From Myxococcota bacterium (GTDB taxonomy: Bacteria > Myxococcota_A > Polyangia > Nannocystales > Nannocystaceae), in the NCBI GenBank assembly GCA_039194325.1, contig JBCCWC010000003.1:128001-192000 (forward strand): a DNA stretch of 64,000 nt, given 5' to 3'. Below the pieces are notes generated by a model that searched no databases, was not told the origin of the DNA, and saw only the letters and a program-made list of their open reading frames with translations. This document shows positions 48,575-59,512 of the stretch, piece after piece. How positions within the stretch are numbered: position 1 is the stretch's first letter; each line of letters begins with the position of its first letter. The position numbers and the translations under genes were made by a program.

Positions 48575-51397
48575 ATGAAGAGCGTGGTGGATGCGGATCT
48601 GGAGACGACGAGGGATCTGTCCGAGTCTTCCTCGAGGTCGATGCCCCGTGCTCGTGGTCTGCCCGAAGGACCCGAGCTCGATGCTCTGCAACCGGGCCGG
48701 ATGCTGGGTCGCTACTTGATCATCGAGGAGCGGGGACGAGGGGGCATGGGCGTGGTGCTGCGTGCCTACGATCCCAAGCTGCAGCGCGAGGTTGCGCTGA
48801 AGGTGCTCCGACCCGGCGCTCTGGATTCGGCCAACAAGGCGCGTATGGTCCAAGAAGCGCGGGCGTTGGCCAAGCTGTCCCATCCCCACGTGGTCTCGGT
48901 CTACGACGTCGATCTCGAGCTGGAGGGGAGCACGATGATCGTCATGGAGTTCGTTGACGGTCGCAACCTCCGTCGGTGGCTCAGGGAATCCTCGAGATCG
49001 CGGCGCGAGATCGTTGAAGCCTTCTTGGTCGCGGGGCGGGGCCTGGCTGCGGCGCACGCCAAGGGCTTGCTGCATCGTGATTTCAAGCCTTCCAATGTAA
49101 TGATCACCACCGATGGTCGGATCAAGGTCACCGATTTCGGGCTGGCCAAGCTCGTGGGCAAGGACGTCACGTCGACCGACACGAGCAGCGACGCCGGCTC
49201 GACTCTGGTCCGTTCGACGAAAGAGGACCGCTTGTTGCCGAGCGCACAGATGGGGACGCCTCGATACATGGCGCCAGAGCAGCACGCGGGTGAAGCACTC
49301 GACGCACGCACCGACCAGTATGCGTTCTGCGTGGCGCTGTGGGAGGCGTTGACCGGCGAGCCGCCGTTCGACGACAAGGCTCTGGAGGCGAGCAAGCGAA
49401 GAGGAGCACCCCTTTGGCCTCGCGGATCCTTGATGCCCGGCCATGTCGTTCAGGCCCTGGTTCGCGGACTGTCGGTGGACCCCAAGGCGCGGTGGCCAAG
49501 CCTCGACGCGTTGCTGGGGCGGCTGAGTCACGATCCCAGCCGCTGGCGCCGGCGAGGGCTGGTGATCGGCGTGGCTGGGTTGGCGGTGGTTGCGGGGGGC
49601 GTGGGGATCTGGCGCTTCGATCGAGCCCGACGGCAGGCGGCCTGCAGCGCCGAGGGTCGGGTGATCGGCGAGGTATGGAACGACGAGGCTCGCCAGAAGG
49701 TGCGCACGGGGATCATGACGGTCCGAGCCAGCTACTCGGAGACAGTGGCCCACAACGTGATGCCATGGCTCGACAACTATGCGGAGGCTTGGAGGGAGCA
49801 GACGGTCGAGGCCTGCCTCGAAGAGTCGGTGAACGAGCGCTGGGACTCGGCTCGGCTCGACGCAGCGCGCTGGTGCCTCGAAGATCGGCGGTTGGCGTTC
49901 GCCACCCTGGTGACAGAACTGGCCCGGGGCGACGAGCACGGCGCCCGCAATGCGGTGCAGGCCGCAGCCGACCTGCCGCTGATCACGGTGTGTGTCGACG
50001 ATTCTATGCTCGGGTGGGCCCGCGAGCCTCCTGCGCCGGACGAGCGACCTCGCATAGCCCGCGTGCGCGAGGTTCTGTGGCGGGCTCGGGCCCAGGACGC
50101 CGCGGGGCGATACGACGAAGGACTCCAGTCCATACGTGAAGCCAAGCGCGAGACCGAGGTGTTGTCGTGGCTCCCGCTGGTCTCAGAGGTTCTGTCCACC
50201 GAGTCTTCCCTCTTGTCTCACCTAGACGAGCACGTCGAGTCCGAAGCCGCGGCGGTCGAGGCCTACAAGGCCGCGGTGCTCTCGGGCAACTGGAACGTTG
50301 CCGCTTCGGTGGCGTCGATGTTGGTGTTCGTGGTGGGCTACAAGCAGTCGCGTCACCGTGAGGGAGAGACTTGGGCTGAGCATGCCCAGGTCGCCATTGA
50401 GCTTGCTGGCGATCCGCTGGGGCTGCTGGAGGCCCAGCGCCTCAGTAGCCTCGGCACCGTGCTCCGGCTCGAAGGGCGCTATGTGGAGGCCCGGACCAAG
50501 CACCAGCAAGCTCTCTCGCTGCGGGTGGAGGCGCTGGGATCCGATCACCTATCGGCCGCGCGTAGCTTGATCAACCTGGGCAACGTACTCCGGTCCGAGG
50601 AGGCGTTCGACCAGGCGCAGGCCGTGCTGACCGAGGCGCTCGAGCTGTTCGAACGCACCCTGGGGCCCAACCATCCCACGGTCGCGACCTGTCATGACAA
50701 CCTCGGGGCGGTGCTGACCTTAAAGGGGCAACGGGACCAGGGCCGCGTTCACTTGGAGCGAGCGGTGGCGATCTACGAAGAGGCGTTGGGCCCCGACCAT
50801 GGCGATCTCGCGCGCAGCCTGAACAACCTCGCCAACGTCGAGTCCTTGCTGGGGAATGACGAGGCGGCGATCTCCAGCTATCGGCGGGTGCTGACGATCT
50901 GGGAGCGGACGTTGAGCCCAGACCACCAATATATCGCGAGTGCCCTGAACAACCTGGGCTACGCACACTTCAGCCTGGGCGAGCTCGAGTCGTCGCGGGC
51001 CAGCTTCGCGCGGGCGCTCGCGATCCAGCGGGCGACGCTGGGTCCTGAGCATCCCAATCTAGAGTACCCGCTGCACGGGATGGCCTCGGTCCTGGTCGCG
51101 CAGGGAGAGTACCGAGCGGCGATCGCCCACAAGGAGCAAGTGATCGATCTGATGGCGACTCTGGGCCGGTCCCCGCCGGAGATCGCCGAGCATCAATTCG
51201 ACCTGGCGCAGATGCTCTGGGATGCTCCCAACGACGATGGTCGCGACCGAGCCCGCAGCCTCGATCTCGCCCAGCAAGCCCGAGACACCTACCCGCCCGA
51301 CGATGAGGAGCGTACCTCCGTCGAGGCGTGGCTGGCCGAGCGATCATCCATGGCTCGACCTGCCGGCGATGACGAGCATCATCGCAATGAGCGATGA
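48575..51397 (+). CDS. Membrane Ser/Thr kinase with TPR repeats
   Basis: GRGGMGVV, HRDFKPSN, DFG, GTPRYMAPE; TM; TPRs. Confidence 0.95.
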   Translation: MKSVVDADLETTRDLSESSSRSMPRARGLPEGPELDALQPGRMLGRYLIIEERGRGGMGVVLRAYDPKLQREVALKVLRPGALDSANKARMVQEARALAKLSHPHVVSVYDVDLELEGSTMIVMEFVDGRNLRRWLRESSRSRREIVEAFLVAGRGLAAAHAKGLLHRDFKPSNVMITTDGRIKVTDFGLAKLVGKDVTSTDTSSDAGSTLVRSTKEDRLLPSAQMGTPRYMAPEQHAGEALDARTDQYAFCVALWEALTGEPPFDDKALEASKRRGAPLWPRGSLMPGHVVQALVRGLSVDPKARWPSLDALLGRLSHDPSRWRRRGLVIGVAGLAVVAGGVGIWRFDRARRQAACSAEGRVIGEVWNDEARQKVRTGIMTVRASYSETVAHNVMPWLDNYAEAWREQTVEACLEESVNERWDSARLDAARWCLEDRRLAFATLVTELARGDEHGARNAVQAAADLPLITVCVDDSMLGWAREPPAPDERPRIARVREVLWRARAQDAAGRYDEGLQSIREAKRETEVLSWLPLVSEVLSTESSLLSHLDEHVESEAAAVEAYKAAVLSGNWNVAASVASMLVFVVGYKQSRHREGETWAEHAQVAIELAGDPLGLLEAQRLSSLGTVLRLEGRYVEARTKHQQALSLRVEALGSDHLSAARSLINLGNVLRSEEAFDQAQAVLTEALELFERTLGPNHPTVATCHDNLGAVLTLKGQRDQGRVHLERAVAIYEEALGPDHGDLARSLNNLANVESLLGNDEAAISSYRRVLTIWERTLSPDHQYIASALNNLGYAHFSLGELESSRASFARALAIQRATLGPEHPNLEYPLHGMASVLVAQGEYRAAIAHKEQVIDLMATLGRSPPEIAEHQFDLAQMLWDAPNDDGRDRARSLDLAQQARDTYPPDDEERTSVEAWLAERSSMARPAGDDEHHRNER

Positions 51398-51423
51398 CGC
51401 AGGGAGGCGGAGCACCAAGCCGG

Positions 51424-54324
51424 TCATGAAGGCGGCGCGTGTTGCTCGACCCACGCCGCCGCCTCCTCGCGCTCGGACTCCCAGCGTTCACCCGCGGCCG
51501 TGAACTCCTCGTGAGCTTGCCGGGCCAGCGCGACCGCTGCGGCTCGGTCGTCCCCGATCTCCCATGACAGCCGCGCGACCTTCATATGGGCGCTCGCCAG
51601 GAAGCCAACGGAGGGGATCGTCCCCAGCTCTCGGATCTGCATGGCCTTCACCGCGGCCTCGTGGGCCGCTCGTAGCTCGCCCCGCGACTCGAGGATCGAA
51701 GCCAGCACGCTATGGGAGGCCGAAAGATCGTAGTGCAGGGGGGGCAACCGTTGCTGTCGGATCTCCAGGGCGCGCTGGCCATGCCGGAGCGCCGCGTCCT
51801 CGTCGAGCTCGGTCTCGATGATCGCGAGGTTGTGCAGCGTTCGGCCCACCTGCGGATGATCGGCGGGGAGCTGATGCTCGTAGATGGCCAGCGCACGCAG
51901 CAAGGTACTCCGCGCGTCGGCCCGGCGCCCGAGCTGCAGCAGCGAGCCTGCCATGTTCGACAGAGCGCTGGCGACCTCGGGGTCGTCGTCGCCACGGCCA
52001 CGCAGCAGCAGCTCTACGATCTGTCGCTGCTGCTCGAGCGCGCGGGAGAAGTCTCCCTTCTGCCAGTAGACCGCCGCGATGTTCGAGCGCGCGGTGAGGA
52101 CGCTACGGTGGTGTGGCTCGAACTGCCCCTCGGCGATGGCCAGTGAGGCCTCGAACTGCGCGAGTGCGTCATCGAGTTGACCGCTGCTCATATGGATCGC
52201 CCCGAGGTTGCTACGCACGCGCGCGATCTCGGGATGAGCGGGCCCCAGGAGCGCTTGTTGGATCTCCAGCGCTTGCAGGCTGTGGGTGAGCGCGGCCTCG
52301 TAGCTCCCCAACATCTGCTCGGCGATCGCGAGGTTGCTGAGCGCCGTGGCCACGACGGGATCATGGGATCCATGCTGAGCGACGAAGCCCTCGCGAGCGT
52401 GTTCGTAGCCGGCTCGGGCCGTCTCGTACCGACCCCGTGCCGTCTCGACGTGCGCGGTCGCCATGTGCAGGCGAGGCTCGAGGAGGGGATCTCCCCCGAT
52501 CTGCTCGAGGCCGGCCCGGGCGTGCCGGGCCCAGGTGTCCGCGGCCTCGTGATGATCGAGGCGATACCCCTCGGCGAACACCAACCGAGTCGCGATCCGG
52601 GCGGCGAGCGGGTCGCCTTGCGCCGCACGGGCCTCGAAGAACGCCCGACGCAAGGTCTGGGCTGCGGCCTCGTGCTCTCCCATCGCGTCTTGGGTGTGCC
52701 CCAGCCAAAACCCGACCTCGGCGTGCAGCAGGCGGTCATCGAGCGACTCGGCGCGCCGGTCCACCTGCACCGCTAGCTCGTGAGCCGCGGCGTGTTGGCC
52801 GGTGTGGTAGCGGGTGATGATCCGATCGAGATCGGTACGCACCGCGTCTGCATTGCGTGCCTTTTGCGGATCGCTCGGCGGGTCGGAGCCGCGGGGCTCG
52901 TCGGCGCATCGCGCCATCGGCGGAAGCTCGCTTGCGGCCTGGACCGCATGCTCGGCCACCGTGACGTCGGCCTGACCGAGTGCATCGACCAGCGCGCCGA
53001 ATCGGCGCCGGCCGGCGTCGAGGCACGCCATGCGGGGTTCGCTCGGGGACAGGCTCGGAGCCAGGCTCGGAGCCAGGCTCGGAGATGGACCCGATGCGGT
53101 CGCCGCGGTGCAGGCGGCGGCGTGCTCCTCGACCCATCCGGCCCCATAGTCGTCGAGTATCTCGATGGCTCGGGCGCTGGAGTGCTGGGCATAGGGCACC
53201 GAGACTCGAGCCAGGGCGTCCCTGACCGCATCGCGCTGCGCCGGGCTCCATACCTCCTGCCACTTTTGTGCCGCCGCTTCGAGGCACCCTTGATCCGAAG
53301 GCGCCATCGTCCACGCACCGGTGCCCACCACGGCCGCCATCAAGCCCAGCGCGACCCATCGCCGCGTCGCTCGGGGCGGCTCGAGGGCGGCCAGCAGCGC
53401 GCGGAGATCGGGGAATCGATCCGCGGGATCGACCTTCAGGCCCCGCCAAAGGGCCGCGAGCACCCACCGTGGCACTCCTCGATCGCGGGGTGGAGCGCTC
53501 ACTCGACCGTCGGTAATCGCATCGAGCAGCGCGAGCCGAGTCGGGCCCTCGAAGGGACGCTGGCCATAAAGAGCCTCGAACAACGACACGCACAGCGCGA
53601 ATTGATCGGTGCGGGCGTCTAGGGGCTTGCCCAGGAACTGCTCGGGCGCCATGTAGGCCGGGGTGCCCATGACCACGCCGTCCTCGGTGATCGAGTGCGA
53701 TCCCTCGAACGCCGACGAGCCCACGCAGCGCGACGTCGGATCTCGCTGGGCACACGCCAGGCCGAAATCCAGCACGCGCACCCGCCCGTCGGTCCCGATG
53801 ATCGCGTTGTCGGGCTTGAAGTCGCGATGCACCAGGCCCTTGTCGTGGGCCGCGATCAGCCCGGCCGCGACTTGGCGATAGACCTCCAGCACCTCGCGCC
53901 AGGTCCGTGATCTCGCTTGGTGCCACTGGCGCAGCGTGAGCCCCTCGACGTGCTCCATCACGAGGAACAGGATCGGCGCCATGTCCGGTCCCTGGAGCCA
54001 GCCGTCACCAACCTCGAAGACCTGCACCACGTTGGGATGAGACAGGCAGGCCAGGGCACGGGCTTCTCGACGAGCGCGATCTCGTCCGCGGTCGCCGACT
54101 CGGTGCAGGTCGATCGTCTTGATCGCGACCCGACGGGCGAGGCGGTCGTCGAACGCCTCGTAGACCACGCCCATGCCCCCGCGTCCGAGCTCTCGGCGGA
54201 TCTGAAATCCGCCGATCGAGCGCGGCAACCCGAGCGACCGAGGCGGAGCGGCCGCGGCTGTATTCGCCAGCGCCACCTCGCCGGTGGATCGAGCCGTTAT
54301 CGAAGGATCAGGCGCAACGGACAT
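51424..54324 (-). CDS. Membrane Ser/Thr kinase with TPR repeats
   Basis: GRGGMGVV, HRDFKPDN, DFG, GTPAYMAPE; TM; TPRs; start ATG 54324 inferred. Confidence 0.94.
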   Translation of the reverse strand: MSVAPDPSITARSTGEVALANTAAAAPPRSLGLPRSIGGFQIRRELGRGGMGVVYEAFDDRLARRVAIKTIDLHRVGDRGRDRARREARALACLSHPNVVQVFEVGDGWLQGPDMAPILFLVMEHVEGLTLRQWHQARSRTWREVLEVYRQVAAGLIAAHDKGLVHRDFKPDNAIIGTDGRVRVLDFGLACAQRDPTSRCVGSSAFEGSHSITEDGVVMGTPAYMAPEQFLGKPLDARTDQFALCVSLFEALYGQRPFEGPTRLALLDAITDGRVSAPPRDRGVPRWVLAALWRGLKVDPADRFPDLRALLAALEPPRATRRWVALGLMAAVVGTGAWTMAPSDQGCLEAAAQKWQEVWSPAQRDAVRDALARVSVPYAQHSSARAIEILDDYGAGWVEEHAAACTAATASGPSPSLAPSLAPSLSPSEPRMACLDAGRRRFGALVDALGQADVTVAEHAVQAASELPPMARCADEPRGSDPPSDPQKARNADAVRTDLDRIITRYHTGQHAAAHELAVQVDRRAESLDDRLLHAEVGFWLGHTQDAMGEHEAAAQTLRRAFFEARAAQGDPLAARIATRLVFAEGYRLDHHEAADTWARHARAGLEQIGGDPLLEPRLHMATAHVETARGRYETARAGYEHAREGFVAQHGSHDPVVATALSNLAIAEQMLGSYEAALTHSLQALEIQQALLGPAHPEIARVRSNLGAIHMSSGQLDDALAQFEASLAIAEGQFEPHHRSVLTARSNIAAVYWQKGDFSRALEQQRQIVELLLRGRGDDDPEVASALSNMAGSLLQLGRRADARSTLLRALAIYEHQLPADHPQVGRTLHNLAIIETELDEDAALRHGQRALEIRQQRLPPLHYDLSASHSVLASILESRGELRAAHEAAVKAMQIRELGTIPSVGFLASAHMKVARLSWEIGDDRAAAVALARQAHEEFTAAGERWESEREEAAAWVEQHAPPS

Positions 54325-54459
54325 GCGAGCCTGGCCAAGCCCCTGCCAAGAGGTATGCACGCGTGGACGGATCGTTGCCCCTTTTCTTTCAAACTTTTTG
54401 CTTTTTACCGTCAAACTCGTCGTCGCCTACCCCGTGGGTGCGTAGGGGTTCGACTTCGA

Positions 54460-55083
54460 TCACCGGGCGGGGGGCTCGAATTGGGCCTTGCGGATCTGCA
54501 GCGCCCAGCCGTCCAGATCGCTCTTGGTCCGTCGTAGCAGCTCGGGATCGTGGCTGAGCTTGGTCAGCGCTGTTTCGACCTTCTGGCGAGCCGCGCGGAG
54601 CCGCGTGCGGATCGTGCCGTGCGGGACGCTCAGCACCTCGGAGATCTCCGCCGAGGTCATCCCTTCCCAATAGTAAAGCTCGAGCACGACCTGTTGCTCC
54701 AGCGGAATTCGTCGCAGCGCCGCCAACAGCAGCCGGTGCTCGTCGCGGCGAGCCACCATGGTCGACGGCCCCGCAGAGTGATCCGCGGCGCTGTCGGTTG
54801 CCGGGTCGAAGCGCTCGCCGTGCTTGCGGATGCGATCGAAGTGTCGCCGCAGCACGTTGTAGGCCACCCCAAAGAGGAACGACTCGAAGCGGGTCCGATC
54901 CCGGACTCGTTCGCGCGACTCGAGGCAAGACTCGAAGGTCTCCTGGATGAGATCGGCGGTGTCGCCCCCGATCTTGTTGGCGAAGAACCGCGCGACCCCC
55001 GGGTAGTGACGCTCGAACAGCGCGCTCCCGGCCGCGTGATCTCCCTGGCACCAGGCCTCGAGCAGATCCGAGTCGCTTTGCAT
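54460..55083 (-). CDS. ECF RNA polymerase sigma factor (kinase-associated type)
   Basis: Region 2 DLIQETF...FLFGVAYN; region 4 LELYYWEGMTSAEISEVLSVPHGTIRTRLR. Confidence 0.93.
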   Translation of the reverse strand: MQSDSDLLEAWCQGDHAAGSALFERHYPGVARFFANKIGGDTADLIQETFESCLESRERVRDRTRFESFLFGVAYNVLRRHFDRIRKHGERFDPATDSAADHSAGPSTMVARRDEHRLLLAALRRIPLEQQVVLELYYWEGMTSAEISEVLSVPHGTIRTRLRAARQKVETALTKLSHDPELLRRTKSDLDGWALQIRKAQFEPPAR

Positions 55084-55310
55084 ACGGACAGCATAGTCTG
55101 GCTCGCCGCACTCTCGCCGCGCTGGCGTGCGTGCGTGGGCGGATGTGGGTCTAGTGTCGGGGTAGGCCCCACGTGGTGACGAGCGTCGCCCATTCTGGCC
55201 GCGCGATCGGTCTTTTTGCCGCGTTCACGTTTTTTTCGTGCTCGGGCGGGGATTTCTTCGTAGGTCGCGTGATCGTTTGGCCTCGGTCGCGCACTGACCT
55301 GCGGGAGGTC

Positions 55311-56858
55311 ATGAGATTGAGCTTGCAGATCGCACGATTGACTTTGATGGTGTCCTTGGCCCTGACCGTCGGGGCATGCGGCTATGCGGCCTACGAAGAC
55401 GCCGGCTACGACGGGTACGGGGGCTACGACGAAGATCCCGGCGACGGAGCCGGCGGGGCCGACGGGGCCGACGGGGCCGACGATGGCGGCCAGGCCATGC
55501 CGATCCCGCCTCCGCCCCCGCCCGACGAGGATTTCGAGCCGCCCGAGCCCACCGAGTGCAACGACGCCGACCGGGTCACCCTGTTCTTGTCTCCCGACGA
55601 CTCGAACTCGATGTCCTCACCCGTGCAGGTCCGCGAAGCCGTGTTCAATGGCTTTAGCTCGCTGGCCAGCATCCCCATTCGCACGTGGGAGTTCATGAAC
55701 TACTACGGCTTCGACTATCCCGCGGCCGAAGCGGGGGGCGTGCGGGTCATCCCTTCGCTGATGGTGCCCAAAGGGGCCGAAGACGGCGAGTACACCCTCC
55801 AGATTGCGGTCTCCAGCGAGCAGGTCACCCCGGCCGACCGAGCGCCCATGAACGTCACGCTCGTGCTCGATACCTCGGGATCCATGCAGGGACATCCCAT
55901 GCGGATGCTCCAGGCCACGGGTCGCGCCATCGCGGGCAGCCTCGACGAGGGCGACATCATCTCCATCGTCACCTGGGACACGGAAAACCAGGAGATCCTC
56001 GCGGGGCACGCCGTACAGGGGCCCGACGATCCCACGCTGCTCGCGGCCATCGATGCGCTGGAAGCGGGCGGGGGGACCGATCTCCACGGTGGCCTGGTCG
56101 CGGGCTACGATCTCGCCCTTCAGTCGTACAACCGGGAGCGGATCAACCGCATCGTGCTGGTCAGCGACGGCGGGGCCAACGCGGGGATCACCGACATCGA
56201 TCTCATCGCCTCGCACGCCGACGGCCAAGACTCCGACGGCCTCTACATGGTGGGCGTTGGCGTGGGCGACGGCTCCTCGTACAAAGACGACCTCATGGAT
56301 ACGGTCACCGACGCGGGCCGGGGTGCCTCCGTGTTCATCAACAGTGAGGCGGAGGCGCAGCATATCTTCGGCGAGCGCTTCATCAGCACGCTCGACGTCG
56401 CCGTGCGCGACGTCTCGGTGAGCCTGGAGATGCCCCCGGGCTTCTCGGTGGTGCGCTTCTCGGGAGAGGAGATCAGCGCCGATCCCGATCAAGTCGAGCC
56501 GCAGCACCTCGCGCCCAACGATGCCATGATCTTCCACCAAGAGATCGAGACCTGCGCGCCCGAGCAAGTCGACGATCAGACCGCCTTCGAGGTGGTGGTG
56601 CACTACCTCGACGGCACCACGTTCGAGCCCAGCCAGATCCGTACCCAGGTGACCTTTGGCGACCTGCTGAGCGCCGACGATCCGTTGTTGCTCAAGGGCG
56701 CCGCGGTCTTCGCCTACGCCGAGGCCCTCGATGATCGCCAGCAGAGCGCCTCGGCGTCGCTGGAGCCCGCCTTTGCCGCCCTCGAGCAGGCCGAGGCCGC
56801 CAACGATGGCGATCCCGATCTCGCCGAGATCCGCCTCATTCTCGAGACGCTCCAGTAA
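55311..56858 (+). CDS. VWA-domain lipoprotein
   Basis: GGAGGT RBS; lipobox GAC; MIDAS DTSGS, GGT, SDGGAN. Confidence 0.9.
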   Translation: MRLSLQIARLTLMVSLALTVGACGYAAYEDAGYDGYGGYDEDPGDGAGGADGADGADDGGQAMPIPPPPPPDEDFEPPEPTECNDADRVTLFLSPDDSNSMSSPVQVREAVFNGFSSLASIPIRTWEFMNYYGFDYPAAEAGGVRVIPSLMVPKGAEDGEYTLQIAVSSEQVTPADRAPMNVTLVLDTSGSMQGHPMRMLQATGRAIAGSLDEGDIISIVTWDTENQEILAGHAVQGPDDPTLLAAIDALEAGGGTDLHGGLVAGYDLALQSYNRERINRIVLVSDGGANAGITDIDLIASHADGQDSDGLYMVGVGVGDGSSYKDDLMDTVTDAGRGASVFINSEAEAQHIFGERFISTLDVAVRDVSVSLEMPPGFSVVRFSGEEISADPDQVEPQHLAPNDAMIFHQEIETCAPEQVDDQTAFEVVVHYLDGTTFEPSQIRTQVTFGDLLSADDPLLLKGAAVFAYAEALDDRQQSASASLEPAFAALEQAEAANDGDPDLAEIRLILETLQ

Positions 56859-56996
56859 GCGACCCGTCGCGCGTGCTCGTGCTGTGGGCCCCGGCCGCTT
56901 GTGCGGCTCGGGCCCTTCGTCACGGTCGCGTAACACCTCCGCTCGCCGGCTCGCGCTTCCTTAGAGCGGGAGCGTGGCGCTACCCTCCGCGTGATC

Positions 56997-57956
56997 ATGG
57001 GTCGCGCCAGCATCCCCACGGCCAGCATCCCCACGGCCAGCATCCCCACGATTAGCTACGAGGACTTCGTCGCTGGTGGCGAGGTGGCCGAGCGCTTCGT
57101 CGAGGTCTTAGGCCGGGGCCTCGAGCGCTTCGGCTTCGTGTTCGTGCGGGACCACGGCATCGACGTCGAGCTGCTGCGACGCACCTATGCGCTCGCCGAG
57201 CAATTGTTCGCCCTCCCCGACGCGGTCAAGCGCCGCTACGAGACCCCCGACGACGGACGACAGCGCGGCTACACCTCCTTCGGGGTCGAGCACGCCCGGG
57301 ATCAGACCGTCGCCGATCTCAAGGAGTTCTGGCACGTAGGTCGACGCCTGCCTGCCGATCACCCGCTGACGATCCGCAAGGAGATCCCTCGCAATTGCTA
57401 CGCCGAGGAGATCCCCGGGTTCTCCGAGACCTCGCAGGCCCTGTTCGACGCGCTCGACCGCTTCTCCCTGCGGCTGCTGGGAGCGATCGAACGCTACCTC
57501 GGGCTGCCGGATGGCACCTTCGAGGCGCTCACCTGCGACGGGAACTCCGTGCTTCGCATCATCCACTACCCACCGTTACCCGGAGACGTACCCGCCGGGG
57601 CGGTGCGTGCCGCCCAGCACGAGGACATCAACCTCATCACCGTCCTGCCCGCGTCGACCGAGCCCGGTTTGCAGCTGATGACCCGCGACGGCCAGTGGCT
57701 CGACGTCAGCCCTCCGCCCGACGCGATGGTCTGCGACACGGGCGACATGATGCAGCTATTGACCAACGGCCGCCTCCCCGCCACGACCCATCGGGTGACC
57801 AACCCCCCGCAGGACCCACAACGGTCGCGATACTCGATGCCCCTATTTTGTCACCCCCACCCCGACGCGATCCTCCGCCCCGCCGGTCCCGGCGCGCCCG
57901 CCATCACCGCTCGCGACTTCTTGATGGAGCGCCTACGCGAGATCGGCCTGGCCTGA
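56997..57956 (+). CDS. 2-oxoglutarate/Fe(II) dioxygenase, isopenicillin N synthase-like
   Basis: LRIIHYPP, HEDIN, THRV, RYSMP; N-terminal (ASIPT)3 from 15-bp repeat 57006-57050. Confidence 0.93.
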   Translation: MGRASIPTASIPTASIPTISYEDFVAGGEVAERFVEVLGRGLERFGFVFVRDHGIDVELLRRTYALAEQLFALPDAVKRRYETPDDGRQRGYTSFGVEHARDQTVADLKEFWHVGRRLPADHPLTIRKEIPRNCYAEEIPGFSETSQALFDALDRFSLRLLGAIERYLGLPDGTFEALTCDGNSVLRIIHYPPLPGDVPAGAVRAAQHEDINLITVLPASTEPGLQLMTRDGQWLDVSPPPDAMVCDTGDMMQLLTNGRLPATTHRVTNPPQDPQRSRYSMPLFCHPHPDAILRPAGPGAPAITARDFLMERLREIGLA

Positions 57957-57958
57957 GC

Positions 57959-59512
57959 TCACCCCGGGGGTAGCTTCAGCGCCGTCAGTGTCTGCTGCGC
58001 GCTCGCCACCAGCCACCCCTTGCCCTGAACCAATCGGACATCATCCCCATAGATCGACGCACCATCCTCCACGCTCAGCGGGCTCTGCCAACGCGGCATC
58101 CCGGTGGTCGGATCCAGCTCGAGCAGCGCCGGCGGCTCGCCCTCATGTAGGCCGCCGGTCACCCCGAACACTCGGCGGCCGTCGGTGGCCAGCGGCCCTT
58201 GTCCGCCCAGCCCGACCTTCCAGCGCACCGTGCCATCCGCGATCGCCTGCGTGTACTCCTCGGCATGAACCACCACGGTGCCGTCGTCGAGCAACGCCGG
58301 CCGGTCGTAGGTGGAGTCACGCACAAACGAGCGCCACGTGCGACACCCTTCGGGAGGATCCACGCAGCCTTCGCACTCCGACTCGCTCAGCACCAGGGCC
58401 CCGGGCTGCGGCCAGCCCGAGGGCGCGACCGGGGTCCCGCTGTGGCAGCGGGTGGGATCGAGCACGACCACGTCGCCATCGATGAGCAGCACCAGTCGCG
58501 GGTCGTCGAGGATGACCTGCCCGAGCCCGTCGTGGGCCCCGATGGTCATCAGGCGCTGCATCTGGGCCGAGAAGACCCGGAGCTCGTCGTCTTCCCAGAC
58601 ATAGCGCATGCCCGCCGCGTCCACGTGCAGCTGCACGTCGCTGTCCAGGTACTCGCGCTTCAGTTGCCCCTGGGCCTCGACGCACCCCTCGGTCCCCGGC
58701 GGGCTCGCGCACCGCTCGGGGTTCACCAAAAAGAAGCGACCCTCGCCATCGAGCACCAGCAAGCCCTGGCCGCTGACCGCCGCGGTCCGTACCGCGGGCA
58801 TGCCTCCGCCGTCATCCTCGGGGAGCGCCGGCAGGCTCGCGGTCCAGCGCTCTTTGCCCGAGCTCGGATCGAAGGCCACCACCCGGTTCTCCTCCGCGGC
58901 CACCCACGTCGCGGGGCTGCCGGGCACGGGCAGCAGCCACCGCGCGTGGTCGCCTGCCTTGCGCCACACCACCTTGCCGTCGCGAAGCCCCACGAGGCCA
59001 TCGCTCTCGACCCCCGCGACCGCGAGCACGGTCCCGTCGTCGGCGAGCTCCAGCACCCGCGGCTCGCTCTCGAAGCTGAAGGTCCACGAGGGCTTCGGCC
59101 CGGTGGGGATCTCCTTGGGCAGCGGGGTCGCGCCATCCATCGCCGCGATCACCCGCTCTTCGCAGCCGTCCCTGAGCATGCCCAGGGGCGATAGACACCG
59201 CATGACGTCCTCGGGCCAGGTCATGCACTTGTCGAGCAGCTCCTTGCGGAGGCCGCGAGCCTCGGCCCGGACCTGGCCGCGGCTGGCGTCGGCCTCGGCT
59301 CCCGCCGGGTCGTCGTCGAGCGCCGTCACCAACAGCTGCCCTGCGAGCACCGCTTGTCCAGCCGCCTCGGTGGCGAAGCGCTCGCATTGTCGCTTGTGCT
59401 TGGCCTCGGGGCTCTGTTCCACTGCGGGCGGCGGATCCTTCTTGCACGCGCCGAGCGTGCACGCACCGAGGATCAGCAGGGCGAGCGGAACGACCAGGCG
59501 CAGCGACAACAT
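57959..59512 (-). CDS. Lipoprotein with PQQ-like beta-propeller repeats
   Basis: Lipobox LGAC; DGKVVW, AFDPSSGKERW, LDPTTGMPRW. Confidence 0.8.
   Translation of the reverse strand: MLSLRLVVPLALLILGACTLGACKKDPPPAVEQSPEAKHKRQCERFATEAAGQAVLAGQLLVTALDDDPAGAEADASRGQVRAEARGLRKELLDKCMTWPEDVMRCLSPLGMLRDGCEERVIAAMDGATPLPKEIPTGPKPSWTFSFESEPRVLELADDGTVLAVAGVESDGLVGLRDGKVVWRKAGDHARWLLPVPGSPATWVAAEENRVVAFDPSSGKERWTASLPALPEDDGGGMPAVRTAAVSGQGLLVLDGEGRFFLVNPERCASPPGTEGCVEAQGQLKREYLDSDVQLHVDAAGMRYVWEDDELRVFSAQMQRLMTIGAHDGLGQVILDDPRLVLLIDGDVVVLDPTRCHSGTPVAPSGWPQPGALVLSESECEGCVDPPEGCRTWRSFVRDSTYDRPALLDDGTVVVHAEEYTQAIADGTVRWKVGLGGQGPLATDGRRVFGVTGGLHEGEPPALLELDPTTGMPRWQSPLSVEDGASIYGDDVRLVQGKGWLVASAQQTLTALKLPPG

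Noticed and set aside
48221..49939. 572-aa antisense ORF, and similar long antisense ORFs at 2708-4039, 13180-14553, 27811-28995 and 55617-56936
   Set aside because: Typical stop-poor shadow frames of high-GC genes with clear products on the opposite strand
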